Positions 1 through 11,277 of a DNA stretch of 64,000 nt are shown in pieces. Source of the DNA: an uncultured Nitrososphaerales archaeon (GTDB lineage Archaea; Thermoproteota; Nitrososphaeria; Nitrososphaerales; Nitrososphaeraceae). Each line of letters begins with the position of its first letter. The first letter of the stretch is position 1. The stretch lies in the NCBI GenBank assembly GCA_963709405.1, contig CAVPXM010000055.1, positions 391,656 through 455,655 on the forward strand, in the 5' to 3' direction. The translations under genes were made by a program, and so were the position numbers. The notes below the pieces were generated by a model. That model was not told where the DNA came from. It did no database searches and saw nothing but the letters and a program-made list of their open reading frames with translations.

Positions 1-73
1 ATTTATCTAAAATAGATACATAATGTTTGAAAGAGCTATCGGTCTGTAATACCTTGTAGTTACTGGTTGACAT
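1..73 (-). CDS. 5' end of a gene running off the window (MSTSNYKVLQTDSSFKHYVSILDK...)
   Basis: ATG at 73-71 and an open frame to the window edge; too short to assign a function. Confidence 0.3.
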   Translation of the reverse strand, partial: MSTSNYKVLQTDSSFKHYVSILDK

Positions 74-304
74 GAATTTAGCCTTCTGTGTTCGGTTGAC
101 CTGGAGGATTAGTATATCCTACTAAAATTGTGATGTGAACTGGTTTTATGTGACTAATCCTACTTACTCAATCCCTAAATAGCTTTGGTGATTCGGTGTG
201 AACGTTTGGTTGACAACTGGACGCGGACCGTGAAGAACATTCCAGCTACAATTCTGCCCCTCATTAGAGAAGATTCTATATTGCTCTTTCATTCTGAACA
301 AAAG

Positions 305-889
305 CTAAGCATGATCTGAAAGTCTTTCCGTTCTCTCAATCTCATTCGATAACGTGCCCATATCGGTCTTCAGGATTTCTAAGAGACTTTTATTGTAAAT
401 AACTGCAGCCGGATGAATTGTTACAAGGTACTTCACTCCATCTTTTTTCAGTACTCGCCCACGGTTTGCTCTAAATCCGTTTCCGCCGATGAGAGAAGAA
501 TACGCCGTTTTACCCAACACGCCAATCAAGTTGGGCTTCAAAAGAGATATTTGTCTTTCCAGATACATTTTGCATGCTATCTTCTCATCCTCGGCTGGGA
601 TCCTATTCCCAGGCGGCCTGCACTTTACTATGTTGGTTATAAAGATCTGGGATCTGCTTATTCCGGCCTCTTCCAAAACTTTGTCCAAAATCTTGCCGGC
701 TGCTCCCACGAACGGGCGGCCAAGTTCATCTTCTCTTCTTCCTGGCGCTTCGCCAATGAGGACTACCTTAAGACGCGATGACCCTTCTCCAGGCACGGCT
801 TTTGTTCTGGTGCGAAATAACCTGCAAAGTCTGCATACTGAGACTTCTGATGTAATCTTATCTAGAGAATCATCAATAGTACCATCCAC
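305..889 (-). CDS. udg: Uracil-DNA glycosylase family 4
   Basis: CxxCxL Fe-S ligands, GEAPG, GRPFVGAAG, NIVKCRPP and HPAA motifs. Confidence 0.92.
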   Translation of the reverse strand: MDGTIDDSLDKITSEVSVCRLCRLFRTRTKAVPGEGSSRLKVVLIGEAPGRREDELGRPFVGAAGKILDKVLEEAGISRSQIFITNIVKCRPPGNRIPAEDEKIACKMYLERQISLLKPNLIGVLGKTAYSSLIGGNGFRANRGRVLKKDGVKYLVTIHPAAVIYNKSLLEILKTDMGTLSNEIERTERLSDHA

Positions 890-1276
890 TAATTTATTAC
901 TATAATAATGTTAGTATACGTGAGGACTACGCCATTCAACTACCGAGTATCCCTTACCAAGAATCTGACAATATGCCATTTTCCCAAACAATTATTGTCA
1001 ATTGAGCATAGTTTATGCTATAAATGGCACCAGTATTTTTCTTAATTTCTGCTTGTTAGATCAAATCATACGATGTTGCTAGTTTTTCGTAGAAAACTAG
1101 TCTGAGGCTCTTTAACAATTGGCAAGAGGAATGAGACAAGTTCTAAACTATTGGCGTGTATATTTCTACTAGAGAAAGAAATTTTAGGGAATTTAGAACG
1201 AAACTTCTATGTTTTTAAACTATAATTTGCTTTTGGATTCTAAATATAATCGGATTGAGTACCATAAGAGAACAAC

Positions 1277-2448
1277 TTGGCTGCATCCTCTTTATTAATA
1301 ATTATCGTGGTTATAGCAATCGGTAGCCTGTTCTATTCATTCTATCACGCAGTAGATAATGTGGTAGCGGCACCAATAAAGGGACCAATATCGGCCTCTT
1401 CAGATCCGCAGACTAATTCTTCAGATCCACATAGTAATGCTCCTTTTCCGAAGAAGCTGCTCTACCACATGGAATGACCCTCAAGATAGTCTCGCCGGCG
1501 AAGGGCCAGCGACTTCAAGTTGGTAGTAACCTTACAGTTACAGGGACATCTTCAGACAACTCTACAAGCAACTGTCAAGTCTCTCTAATGTTAAATGACT
1601 TGAAGCCATATCAAAAGACAACACCAACTGGAAATGGAAGCCACGCCGGGAATGATTATTCAACCTGGAGGTATGTCATGAATAATAGCAAGTATGGTTC
1701 TGTTAAGGAGGGAATAAATAAAATCACATCCAAGTTAACCTGTGCTGACGTTAATCATTCCGGTGCCACTAATAGCGCATTAACGAAATGGTACAGCGTA
1801 AACATAACTGGAATTGCAGCGAAATCAGTCGAACCCGGCCGCCCTCTCTTGTCAAAATTACCAGTCAATTACGCCTTAAATCGTACGAGCTCTAGCCCAA
1901 CGTCACCTACTAATTCGAGCAAGGCAAGTTCATTACAATCCGTTGCATCAGTATACAAACCCATCGAACCTACAACTATAGCAACAAAAACCAATACGAC
2001 ATTACGTACAATGGCAGTCTGGTTAAATGTTGGGAAAGATCCGATTACCACCGGGCAGAGACAAACTATTAAAGTTACAGTTACTGATGGTTTAACAGCT
2101 TCCAATATTGCTGGAGCAAAGGTGATAACAAGTATTCAACCATTATCATCATCTTCTATGGAACGGCAATTTTTCGGATTTACCGGTCCTGATGGCAAGC
2201 TATCTAGATCATGGAAGATGGCAGATGAAGGAAAATTTGACACTACCCACAATATCTACGCTACAGTAACAGCAGCTGGTTATGAGAACAAATCGATAAG
2301 TGGAACCTTTAAAGAAATTTCCCCACAAAATACCTTCCAAAGTGTTAACAGTAAGGTTGATGACTTATCCAATAAGATCTTTGACGAAGTAAAGAAAGGA
2401 TTTGATCAGAATGGACTCATTCCAAAGCTTCCTATACCCTTTAATTGA
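1277..2448 (+). CDS. Secreted or membrane-anchored Ig-like domain protein; ORFs 1277-1477 and 1474-2448 are probably one frameshifted gene
   Basis: N-terminal hydrophobic segment; KIVSPAKGQ...TVTGTSSDN..CQVS..NDLKPYQ...NKITSKLTC module typical of Nitrososphaera surface proteins; Ser/Thr-rich linker. Confidence 0.6.
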
Positions 2449-2870
2449 GAACACTTTGGTGGGCCACCAGTGTGGAAGGCTAAAGAATGGAACAACTAGA
2501 ATATCACTAATATATTGAGATCGCTTGTGAATACGTATCCTGTTCATAAAAGATCAGGAAAGAGCTTTTTTGTGTTATGATAATTCAGCATTTTCGTAAC
2601 ATACGTTGCTATATTCTCCCGCTTTCTACCTCAGAGATTATGTAAGCCATACGATCTTGTAGCTTTAATTCTTACGCCTACCGAGCACATAATGCCCTTG
2701 ATCGGGTGAACCTAAAAACGCATCGAATGGAACCTAGTCAGGTAAAACTTTGTTCCAATATCACAAGTCATGTCCTTAATAAACGCTCGAACGTGTGGAG
2801 TGGAAACTTTGATATCAGTCAGACAAGCATGCGAAGCGTTTATTTTTAATCATGCAAACAGTTCTAATTT

Positions 2871-3202
2871 AATGAACAAGAAGCTAGTGATAGTGATTAT
2901 TGCAATAATAGTAATAGTTGGGTTAAGTGCTGCGGTGATTGCAGTGAATCCCTCAAATACCATCTTACCAATTCCACCACCGATAGAATTGCATAATAAG
3001 ATTGGGAACAGTTCAAGTCTACGCGAAAAGACCCCTCAATAGTACTTTAAATCCATCTTTGTTCATTTTATCAATACATCACACATCTGCACGTTACATG
3101 ACATACCGTTGGAGCAACAATGACACATCTTCTAACTATTTTGGAAGACGATTGGATACACTCCAAGATACCACTGGATCGATCCCCACGCAAAATCCGT
3201 AG
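2871..3202 (+). CDS. Small exported or membrane protein, probably frameshifted near 3000
   Basis: MNKKLVIVIIAIIVIVGLSAAVIAV signal-like start; overlapping downstream ORF 3002-3202. Confidence 0.35.
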
Positions 3203-3869
3203 CTATTTTGACTTTCTAACGAGAATATGAAACAAGTTTTGCTCTCGTCTGATTTCAGAGTACTGGTTGCGAGTGTTGTTCTGACCATCTCATCATTTCT
3301 AGATCCGCGGTAACATCATCTGAGACTATATGAATGACGTCGCCGATATCCACTTGCTTTAGTAAGTCATCCAACTTTGCGAGGGTAGATGAACACTCGA
3401 CTCCTACTTCAAACAATTCGTGGTCAGGAAATGCTACAAAGCATCTGATACGTAATCGTTCTATCTGAGAGCGCACAATATCATGACAATTCTTAATTGT
3501 ATTAAGATGCTGGATATCAGACACTAATTTATCGCTCTTAATAATTGAAAACCACCCAAGAGCGTATGGAGAGTCATTTACAAGTCTTGAATTGCAGGCC
3601 AATAATTCGTTGATCTCTACGATCTTACCTGTCACAGGCGATCTAACAACACCAAAATATTTGCCGGTTTCTATAGTGCCCAGACTTCGTCCTCTTTTGA
3701 TATCAGTATTTATCCCTTTCAGGTTTACCTTAGTTAGTTTGCCTGCTAGCGAGGGTAGAATAGAATTGATTCCAACTCTCACCAGGTATTCACTCTCGAC
3801 CTTGGCCCATACAAAGTTATCCGGATCGTAGAGCAGATCATCTGGAAATGAACAATGGTCAACTTCCAT
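3203..3869 (-). CDS. GcvH/LbpA-like lipoyl-carrier domain fused to a TusA-like domain (frameshift near 3258)
   Basis: FPDDLLYD, VRVGI, GTIETGKYFGVVRSPVTGKIVEIN (lipoyl Lys), NDSPY..GW; C-terminal GVEC...GDVIHIVSDD..ADLEMMRW. Removing one base gives the ending EIRREQNLFHILVRKSK*. Confidence 0.8.
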
Positions 3870-3978
3870 GTATTATGAAAAACCTCATGCGACGAACCAT
3901 TACAGGGATATGCAAAGTTAATATAAATATTCCTTAGCGCAGAGGAATCAAAAGTAAGTCGCAATACTGAAACTTGTT

Positions 3979-5145
3979 TTAACGACGAAAAACACAGTTA
4001 TTCCTTAATGCCGCATCTAGATTTCGCTCAGACGTCCATTCTCGTTTGTACGTTTCGTCCTTGAGTTTGAGCCCCTTAAACATTTGAAAGTAAACCTGTT
4101 TGATTTTATTTTGTTTTTCGAATTCTGATTGGATCCATAGACTTTCAAACATAGAGACGTTAAACGACAACGTGGAGTCATCATTGGAACAACTTGCTCC
4201 AGCTATCGCTGGTACATGTTCTTTATTGTTTACCTCGCGTCTCAATTTAAGCGAAAAAGAGATTGCTTGATCGATTATGATAGTTATGTCCTGAGAATCC
4301 AAGCTTTTATAAAGGAAGTTCATGTTTTTGTCCAAATCCTTTTCCTTCAGTAAGAGTTGTGGGGCTGCGGCCTCTTTATCACTTTCAGAGAAGTCGGTTG
4401 CGACATGTATTAGTATTTTTACTTCCAGTCCATTTTGACGCGCATTTCTCAGCAAGTCTAAAATGCCTCTATCTCCAATCGATCGAGTGGCCCCCACTGT
4501 AGGTAGTATGACAAGTATTTCGTAAATTGCCGCGTTTAGATAGTTTATACAATATCTAAATATTTGCTCCGGTTCGGTTGTTAGATTAATAATAGTTGCC
4601 ATTCGATCCCGCTCTATTTGCACAATTCTCTCTTTTGCCGGAACAGCATTATTCCAAAGGTTGTCAAAAAGGAATTGTTGCATTTCTACAAAGGATCTGT
4701 TATTGCTATAAAGTAGTAATTGATGCTCAGTAATCGGCGTTACCAGTACTTTATTCTGCATCGGATCCTTTACCATTGTTGCAAAGCCCCAATATTGTTC
4801 ACCGTCGCATAGCGAAAAGCTGACCCTTAGACAGTCTACGTGACGGACATCACTATTTTTAATAAATTCCTTCCAATAAGTCAGTGTTTCAGGGGTAATC
4901 TCTGTTACAAATCTGCAGTTTACCCCTTTGTGTAGCAGATGCTTACTCACTTCACAGAGTGTTGAGGACAAATTATTACCAATCGAAGATTTGGATTGAG
5001 ACGAACGACTCATAGGTACAAAGCAACAATCAAAATAGCGAGCTGCATTTGAAAGTGTACCAGATAGAAATTTTAAGTAATTGTCTGGACGGATTATAAA
5101 ACCGGCATTTTGAGAAATTGAGCTCTCGTTTATGGAGGAACTCAT
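3979..5145 (-). CDS. Tandem TrmB/PLD-like domain protein resembling the N-terminal sensor region of Nitrososphaera histidine kinases, without a kinase domain
   Basis: RFVTEIT..VRHVD..SFSLCDG...QQFLFDNLWNNAVPAKERI, then EILVILPT...VKILI...IIIDQ...SMFESLW. Confidence 0.55.
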   Translation of the reverse strand: MSSSINESSISQNAGFIIRPDNYLKFLSGTLSNAARYFDCCFVPMSRSSQSKSSIGNNLSSTLCEVSKHLLHKGVNCRFVTEITPETLTYWKEFIKNSDVRHVDCLRVSFSLCDGEQYWGFATMVKDPMQNKVLVTPITEHQLLLYSNNRSFVEMQQFLFDNLWNNAVPAKERIVQIERDRMATIINLTTEPEQIFRYCINYLNAAIYEILVILPTVGATRSIGDRGILDLLRNARQNGLEVKILIHVATDFSESDKEAAAPQLLLKEKDLDKNMNFLYKSLDSQDITIIIDQAISFSLKLRREVNNKEHVPAIAGASCSNDDSTLSFNVSMFESLWIQSEFEKQNKIKQVYFQMFKGLKLKDETYKREWTSERNLDAALRNNCVFRR

Positions 5146-5293
5146 GATATATTTACGACAGTTATTTTAACGTTCCATATAATAAAGGCATATAGTATAA
5201 AGATATGATAATTTCACTTGGGCTATGAGTTTTGTGAAAACTGTAATAAGTTAGGTCAGTCTATATAATGAGCTATCGTGCTTAGATTATAAT

Positions 5294-5549
5294 ATGCCAG
5301 TGTACCTCGATGTCCATAAAGTTACCTTTTAAAGAAAATCAGCTGAGAGAGTTAGTGAAGGATCCCGCGGACGAGTTTGGCGTCAGGCATGTTAACCTTT
5401 TCTACAACAGGGAAGCCAGCGTATGTTTCTGCCTTCTCGATGCCCCCAATAGAGAAGCTGTTGTCAAGCATCACGATAAGGTAGACATTCAATGTGAATG
5501 GATTACAGAGGTGACGATGGCCAGTGGAGAACAGTTCTCCCCCAAGTGA
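5294..5549 (+). CDS. DUF4242 (SCO4226-like, nickel-binding) protein, frameshift near the start
   Basis: ATG at 5294 gives MPVYLDVHK, which continues into FGVRH...CFCLLDAPNREAVVKHH...CEWITEV. Confidence 0.75.
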
Positions 5550-5700
5550 TAACCCAGTAACTACAGAATGCATAGTCTTTGCTCTATAGCGAATCAACGA
5601 TCCCGGGAATGGAAAAGATTCAATATAACGTTGTTACCCCCTATAAAAAAAGTGCGTCCCTCGCCTACTTTATGATAAGACGCAGGTATTAGGCTCGGAG

Positions 5701-5979
5701 TCAATTATCTTGCTTTCCTAGACCGCTTGAGTTTAAATATCCCGGATCATAACACATATCATCTTTGTACCTTATGGTGTCCCATTCTATAAAATCGTGA
5801 ACGTCAAACTCGAGAGTCTTGAAATTATTTAATTGCACGGTTACAGTATGCCTCTGGTAGTTATACAAAAATTTTGAAGCTTTGGCCAATCCCCGGTCCA
5901 GGTGACAGAATTCTAAATATCTGGAGAAAATTTTGTGAAGGTGTTCCTCGCCTGTTTTGCACTTGCATAAGAGAGACAT
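5701..5979 (-). CDS. Hypothetical protein
   Basis: 92-aa ORF with an AT-rich, TATA-like upstream region. Confidence 0.45.
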   Translation of the reverse strand: MSLLCKCKTGEEHLHKIFSRYLEFCHLDRGLAKASKFLYNYQRHTVTVQLNNFKTLEFDVHDFIEWDTIRYKDDMCYDPGYLNSSGLGKQDN

Positions 5980-6266
5980 GATTGTTTACGTTTATTCAGA
6001 CTCATTTCTTACATAAAAAGACAAGTCATAACCAATTATTACAAATAACAATCTCACAGAATGCATTAAAGGTCAATTTATGATCATGACGTTGTGAAGC
6101 TGAGATCAGCATATAAGGAAATGCTTTTTACATGATTCAAGTATCATACATACTGGTACCTATTCATTAATTCGCAACACCTCCTATAACCATTTGACTT
6201 CTAGTGTCTGTGACAGACAACAAATTGGAGATATATGAAAAGCGCCCTTTGAATACCAGTAAAAGA

Positions 6267-6770
6267 CTATTTTCTGAAGAGTTTGAGCACCTTAATCATT
6301 ATATTGATTGAAGCTGCTGACAATATCCATGACATCATAGTGCTAGCTACAGCTGCTTGATAGGGAGCTAAAAAGGCCATTTGAAGCATCTGGTAGCCAA
6401 TCAAAACCTTTGATGAGGAGTATATTACTTCAGATACGGAGAAAGTTGCTAGTAATTTTTTTACATCACTTTTAATCCTATCAACTTTTCTCTTTCCTGT
6501 AGTTGGATCTAAATATCGAAATTTGTTATCACGATAATAAAGCAATGCGAATAGAGGGAAGAAAACTGAATATTCAGTAGCTAACGATAAAACAGAAGTT
6601 GTAAAATTGTTGGTATATCCATAATGTAGAGCGTAGACTTGGGTTAATATACTACCCACAATTAGCGATGCTATGCCAGACAATACTATATTCTTATTGA
6701 AGAATATTACATCTCTATATCTATGGTAAAGACACTGAAGTTTGGTCCTGCCGTTGATTTCACTTTCCAT
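6267..6770 (-). CDS. Membrane protein (about 4 TM, GtrA-like architecture)
   Basis: Two pairs of hydrophobic helices around a basic loop. Confidence 0.6.
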   Translation of the reverse strand: MESEINGRTKLQCLYHRYRDVIFFNKNIVLSGIASLIVGSILTQVYALHYGYTNNFTTSVLSLATEYSVFFPLFALLYYRDNKFRYLDPTTGKRKVDRIKSDVKKLLATFSVSEVIYSSSKVLIGYQMLQMAFLAPYQAAVASTMMSWILSAASINIMIKVLKLFRK

Positions 6771-7398
6771 TTGCTAAATTACGCACTCTCTCAAGTTTGT
6801 AGGTACGATAATGTTATTCATCAAAAACATCGCCACTAACATCTCATATCGCAATGTCATATTTTAACATTATTCGAATGGCACAATATATATCTTTGAG
6901 AACTTCTTGTGTTTTTGCTCCAAAAATGGGAGCTCTACTATGGAATATGTTCGATGCATTTCTATGTATTTCGTGAAGGAGGATATTCACAGATTGGGTC
7001 TAATGTATCTTTCAAATGCCGCCGGTTACTGTTAATTGAATTGAATGAAGACCGAATTTGTGATATAATATGATGATGAAGTAATACTTCTACGATAGTA
7101 ATACAACCAAACAAGCTTGAATTGGGATAGACACTATCAATGGGATTCCAGTCAACACTCAAGAAAGAGATAACTCGACGAGCTTATTATGAGATTTTAA
7201 GTCAGGCATAAGTGGAGGTAGTGTCGTAAGCAAATTTATTGGGGCATAATCTATTGGTTGAAGTCGAAAGCAAGGCTTCAATCCTTCTATAAATCGCTGT
7301 TTTGATCTTACTTTGATACGAAAAATAATCTAGATTTTGACTTGTAAGATAGATAGTGTGGAATATATATGAGATTGTATCTTAAATTTAATACATTA

Positions 7399-7530
7399 TT
7401 GGAAGACGGGAATAGTAACAAAAATGTAAATAATACAAAACGCAGGACTACAAAGAAAGGAATTATACTGACTGGCATAATAGTTGCGGGGATTATTCTC
7501 GCGAGCTTTTTGGTGTATCTAGTACCATAG
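7399..7530 (+). CDS. Small membrane protein missing from the ORF track (MEDGNSNKNVNNTKRRTTKKGIILTGIIVAGIILASFLVYLVP)
   Basis: Manual translation from TTG 7399 to TAG 7530; basic patch followed by one TM helix. Confidence 0.5.
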   Translation: MEDGNSNKNVNNTKRRTTKKGIILTGIIVAGIILASFLVYLVP

Positions 7531-7689
7531 ACCGAGCATCAGATACTGGCTGTATTTAGGACGTTTACAGTGTGACTTTCAGTCTACGTCAAATTGTTGT
7601 GTGCGAATATAGTGTGACAATAGTGTGAAATTTCTTCATTCAGATAATAATAGACAAAATAAATAATACACAAATACATCGTCCATATC

Positions 7690-8088
7690 TTGTATTATAA
7701 ATTGGCTGGAGCCAATAATTTTGCCATCGAGAAGTCCAAGTCTGAGCGGTGCGTAGAATGGATGAACGCTTACTCCAAGAAGCAAAATAAGAAATTTGAG
7801 GCAACCCTTAGCGGAGACCATTTGACAACAAAAAATTTTGGAGATTTCGAAATGATATCTTGGAAGGGCGAGTGGTCATTTGCTCGACAGATCGTCGTTA
7901 GAGCGAGCAGCAAGGTAGGAGCAAAGGTTATCGAAGCAGGATACCATAAGAAGGGCAATCTCATCCAGGGATTTTTTGGGCTAAACCAGGAATTTGCAAA
8001 AGTCTATAGCAATGGGACATTTATTGGGAATATTATATTGGGGACGAAATCCGGAAAATGGATCGCCAAGTTTGAAAAGCTGGGATAA
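7690..8088 (+). CDS. Hypothetical protein (basic)
   Basis: 132-aa ORF with protein-like composition. Confidence 0.6.
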   Translation: MYYKLAGANNFAIEKSKSERCVEWMNAYSKKQNKKFEATLSGDHLTTKNFGDFEMISWKGEWSFARQIVVRASSKVGAKVIEAGYHKKGNLIQGFFGLNQEFAKVYSNGTFIGNIILGTKSGKWIAKFEKLG

Positions 8089-8290
8089 GACCCCCATCGT
8101 TTCACTGCAAGCCTTGTTTGCATTCTACCCACTACTCTAAATCACTAATTAAACAAGAAAGGTATATAGCGACACGAATTTTCGACATTCTCCCATTACC
8201 CTTTCTATAGTTTTGTCCGAGCCTTAAAAAGCAGAAGGTAATTAGTGTGGTTATAATTTCTTTGTTCTTAAAATATATGCTTAATCTAAT

Positions 8291-8695
8291 CTACTCTGCC
8301 TTTTTGAGTAGGAGACCATGCCTCTCATCAAAACCTGTAACCCTGACTTTTGAGCCTATTGGCAAATCGTTTGAAGTTGAAATATTACTTAAGAAACCGG
8401 ATGCTTTTATGGGTTCGTCTTTCAATTTAAATACGACCCAGGCGTACGACCCAGCGTCTTCAAAGCCCTCTGGTGCAACAGCCAGTATTGTATAAGTGAC
8501 TACAGTTCCTACTCCATCCAACTCTACAAACTTGAAAGAATTTTTGCCGCATTTCTCGCAAAAATATACGGTTTCAAGCATATAATGACCATCATATGTA
8601 CACTGGTTAGCGAGTATCTTTCCATTTATAGCAGATTTGATAAATTTATCGCGGACACTATAATTGTCATTCTTTCCCTGTTTCATATCAGACAT
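8291..8695 (-). CDS. DUF35 Zn-ribbon/OB-fold protein (thiolase partner)
   Basis: CTYDG and CEKCG Zn knuckles, GTVVTYTI OB-fold; lies directly downstream of the thiolase. Confidence 0.88.
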   Translation of the reverse strand: MSDMKQGKNDNYSVRDKFIKSAINGKILANQCTYDGHYMLETVYFCEKCGKNSFKFVELDGVGTVVTYTILAVAPEGFEDAGSYAWVVFKLKDEPIKASGFLSNISTSNDLPIGSKVRVTGFDERHGLLLKKAE

Positions 8696-8697
8696 AC

Positions 8698-9862
8698 TCA
8701 GTGCTGAACCTTCCTAAAAATATGAACCGCGAGCACTGGCACCAGTGGCTCCAAAGTTATGCGTTAATGCTATCTCGGCATCCTTTATCGTTCTTTGTCC
8801 AGCTTTGCCAGTAAATTGCTCGAAGACTTCTACCACTTGTCCTATACCTGTCGCACCTATCGGATGACCCTTAGCCTTTAAACCTCCAGATGGATTTATG
8901 GGAATCTTTCCAGTCAATCTTGTATCACCATTCTTTACCCGTGCGGCAGCTGTACCCTTCTCAAAAAATCCGAGATCCTCGGTGTCGATTATCTCGGCAA
9001 TTGTAAAACAATCATGGACTTCAGCAAAGTCTATATCACGCGGGGTAATGCCGGCCATCTTATATGCTTGCTTTGCTGCATTGACTGTACTTGGTATGGT
9101 CGTAATATCCTCTCTACCTTGTATAGCTGCAGGGGAAGCACCTCTTCCCGAACCAATTATTTCGATATAAGGCCTACCTGTAGACTTTGCAAATTTTTCA
9201 TTGCACAGTATAAGAGCAGATGCCCCATCTGAAAATGGACAGCAATCATAGAGCTTCAATGGAGACGCTACAACAGGAGATTTCATTACATCATCAATTG
9301 TTATCTTTCTTCTAACATGCGCTTTTGGATTGAGCATTCCATTATCATGGTTTTTCACAGCAACGTAGGCAAGATCCTCCTCGCTGGCTTTGTATGTGGA
9401 AAGATAGGCTCGAGCAATTGAAGCGAACAGACCTGGAAAAGAAGCGCCATTACCACCTTCGTAAAAAAAATCAGAACAATATGAAAAGAGGGTGGTACTT
9501 TGGGTGGTTCCAGTATGTGTTATTTTTTCGACTCCTACCGCAAGAAGACAGTCATAAAATCCCGCATAAACATTAGCAAATGCTTCTCTAAGCATCACGG
9601 ATCCCGACCCACAGGCCGACTCGATTGTTAGGCCAGGAACATAGGGGATTCCCAAATTACTCATGATTACCGGCGCGATATGGACTTGCTTGTCAGCCGC
9701 GCCAAAAACATTAGAAATATAGCCTGCCTCAATATCCTTTGGCGTGATACCGGCTGAAATTATCGCTTCCCTAGACGCATTCAAAGCTAACTCTATAATG
9801 CTTTCGTTTAGCTTTCCGTATCTAGTACTACCTGCCCCTAGAACGCAGACCTTATTTGTCAT
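8698..9862 (-). CDS. Archaeal (SCP2-type) acetyl-CoA acetyltransferase / thiolase; frameshift in the last codons
   Basis: ESACGSG, EVHDCF, NPSGGLKAKGHPIGATG, THNFG; corrected end reads AVHIFRKVQH*. Confidence 0.92.
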
Positions 9863-10274
9863 ATCCGAAAAAATACATTTTTGGATATAAAAACGTTAGA
9901 GGCAACTTGCAAGTTAGAGTTTATTAAAGTCGTTCAGTAACCTATTTGGCTTGATCGGAATGGTAAAATCTACCTTCATGAGATTTTTCCAAAGTATTTA
10001 TCTCCGCGGCGAGATTAAAAGAAGCAAACAGCTATAGTAGGCTATTAACAAACACATTATAAGAGACCTATCATCATAGTCGCGTATCAATTTCATCGCC
10101 TGCTTACTCAAAGCCGAGAATGAAAATATGAAATTAGCGTACAAGACCAACCAAGATGAAGGCGACAGAGAGGCAACATTTCTGTGGTGTGCATAAAGAT
10201 AACGCATAGCCATCATCGGATTATTGCGATAGACCTAACTGAGAATTCGATGATGTCCATTTAACCAAGCCGGT

Positions 10275-11150
10275 CTAGCTAAAAATATCTAAATCATTTC
10301 TATACACATCCGTACGGCGATTTTCAAGCAACGGAAGTGAAGCTCTGACTTCTTTAATTCTTGATATGTCAATTTCAATAATTTCCATACCTTCTCTGTT
10401 TCCCATATCCAACAGAACTACGCCAAAGGGATCTATAATCATACTTCTTCCAGAATATATATTCCCGACCTGGTCTGGCGCTATTACAAAAGATCCATTT
10501 TCAATCGCTCTAGCTTTAAGCATCGTCTGCCAATGTTCTTCTTTCATTATTCCGTGAACCCATGCTGATGGAACAATAAACACGTTAGCGCCATTTCCTG
10601 CCAATATCCTTGACATTTCAGGGAATCTGATATCATAGCAGATCATAATGCCTATCGAAGCAGATCCCAATCTAGTAGGTCGATTGATTTTGTCACCAGC
10701 GATGAATTTGGCCGACTCTTTGAAACCTAGAGCATCGTATAGGTGGAGCTTTCTGTATATCGAGGAGATTTTTCCTCTCCGATCTATGATTACAGCGGTG
10801 TCATGTACTCGATGCTCAGCAATGTTGTCAGGTTTCTCATATATCGTTGCGATTACGTGAATATTGTTAATTCGCGCTGCGTGGCGAAGCTCCGAGATAA
10901 ATTTTCCTCCCTTGACCGTTTCTGCTGTCTTAGCCAAGGTCTCCACGTCTTGTTCTACCGGCGAAAAGCTCATTAGAAATTCTGGAAAACAGATAGCAGT
11001 AGCTTTACCAGCCGCTGCGCGACTTATGTACTCTATAGATGCGCTTAAATTTTCGACCTTCAGCTCTGATGATTTCATCTGCACGACTGCGACTTTACAA
11101 ATCTTCACCAAAATTCTTGGATCGATAGCATTGGCTAAACTAAAAAGCAT
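10275..11150 (-). CDS. Carbon-nitrogen hydrolase (Nit1/Nit2-like amidase)
   Basis: FPE, YRKLHL and ICYDIRFPE catalytic triad motifs; ARAIEN. Confidence 0.9.
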   Translation of the reverse strand: MLFSLANAIDPRILVKICKVAVVQMKSSELKVENLSASIEYISRAAAGKATAICFPEFLMSFSPVEQDVETLAKTAETVKGGKFISELRHAARINNIHVIATIYEKPDNIAEHRVHDTAVIIDRRGKISSIYRKLHLYDALGFKESAKFIAGDKINRPTRLGSASIGIMICYDIRFPEMSRILAGNGANVFIVPSAWVHGIMKEEHWQTMLKARAIENGSFVIAPDQVGNIYSGRSMIIDPFGVVLLDMGNREGMEIIEIDISRIKEVRASLPLLENRRTDVYRNDLDIFS

Positions 11151-11277
11151 TTCTCCTGATTCTCGATTTGTTACAATCGAGAAGCATCATAGGTGCAAAT
11201 ACCGCTTACGACCGAAACACTAGTCAATTCTGAGATGACGTTTAAAAAAATTGTCGTCAAGGAATTGACTATCTTGA

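Noticed and set aside
95-300. Possible C/D-box sRNA in the intergenic region
   Set aside because: Only partial TGATG-like words; no convincing C, D', C', D arrangement
8291-9862. Thiolase plus DUF35 pair as novel
   Set aside because: Well-known archaeal gene pair
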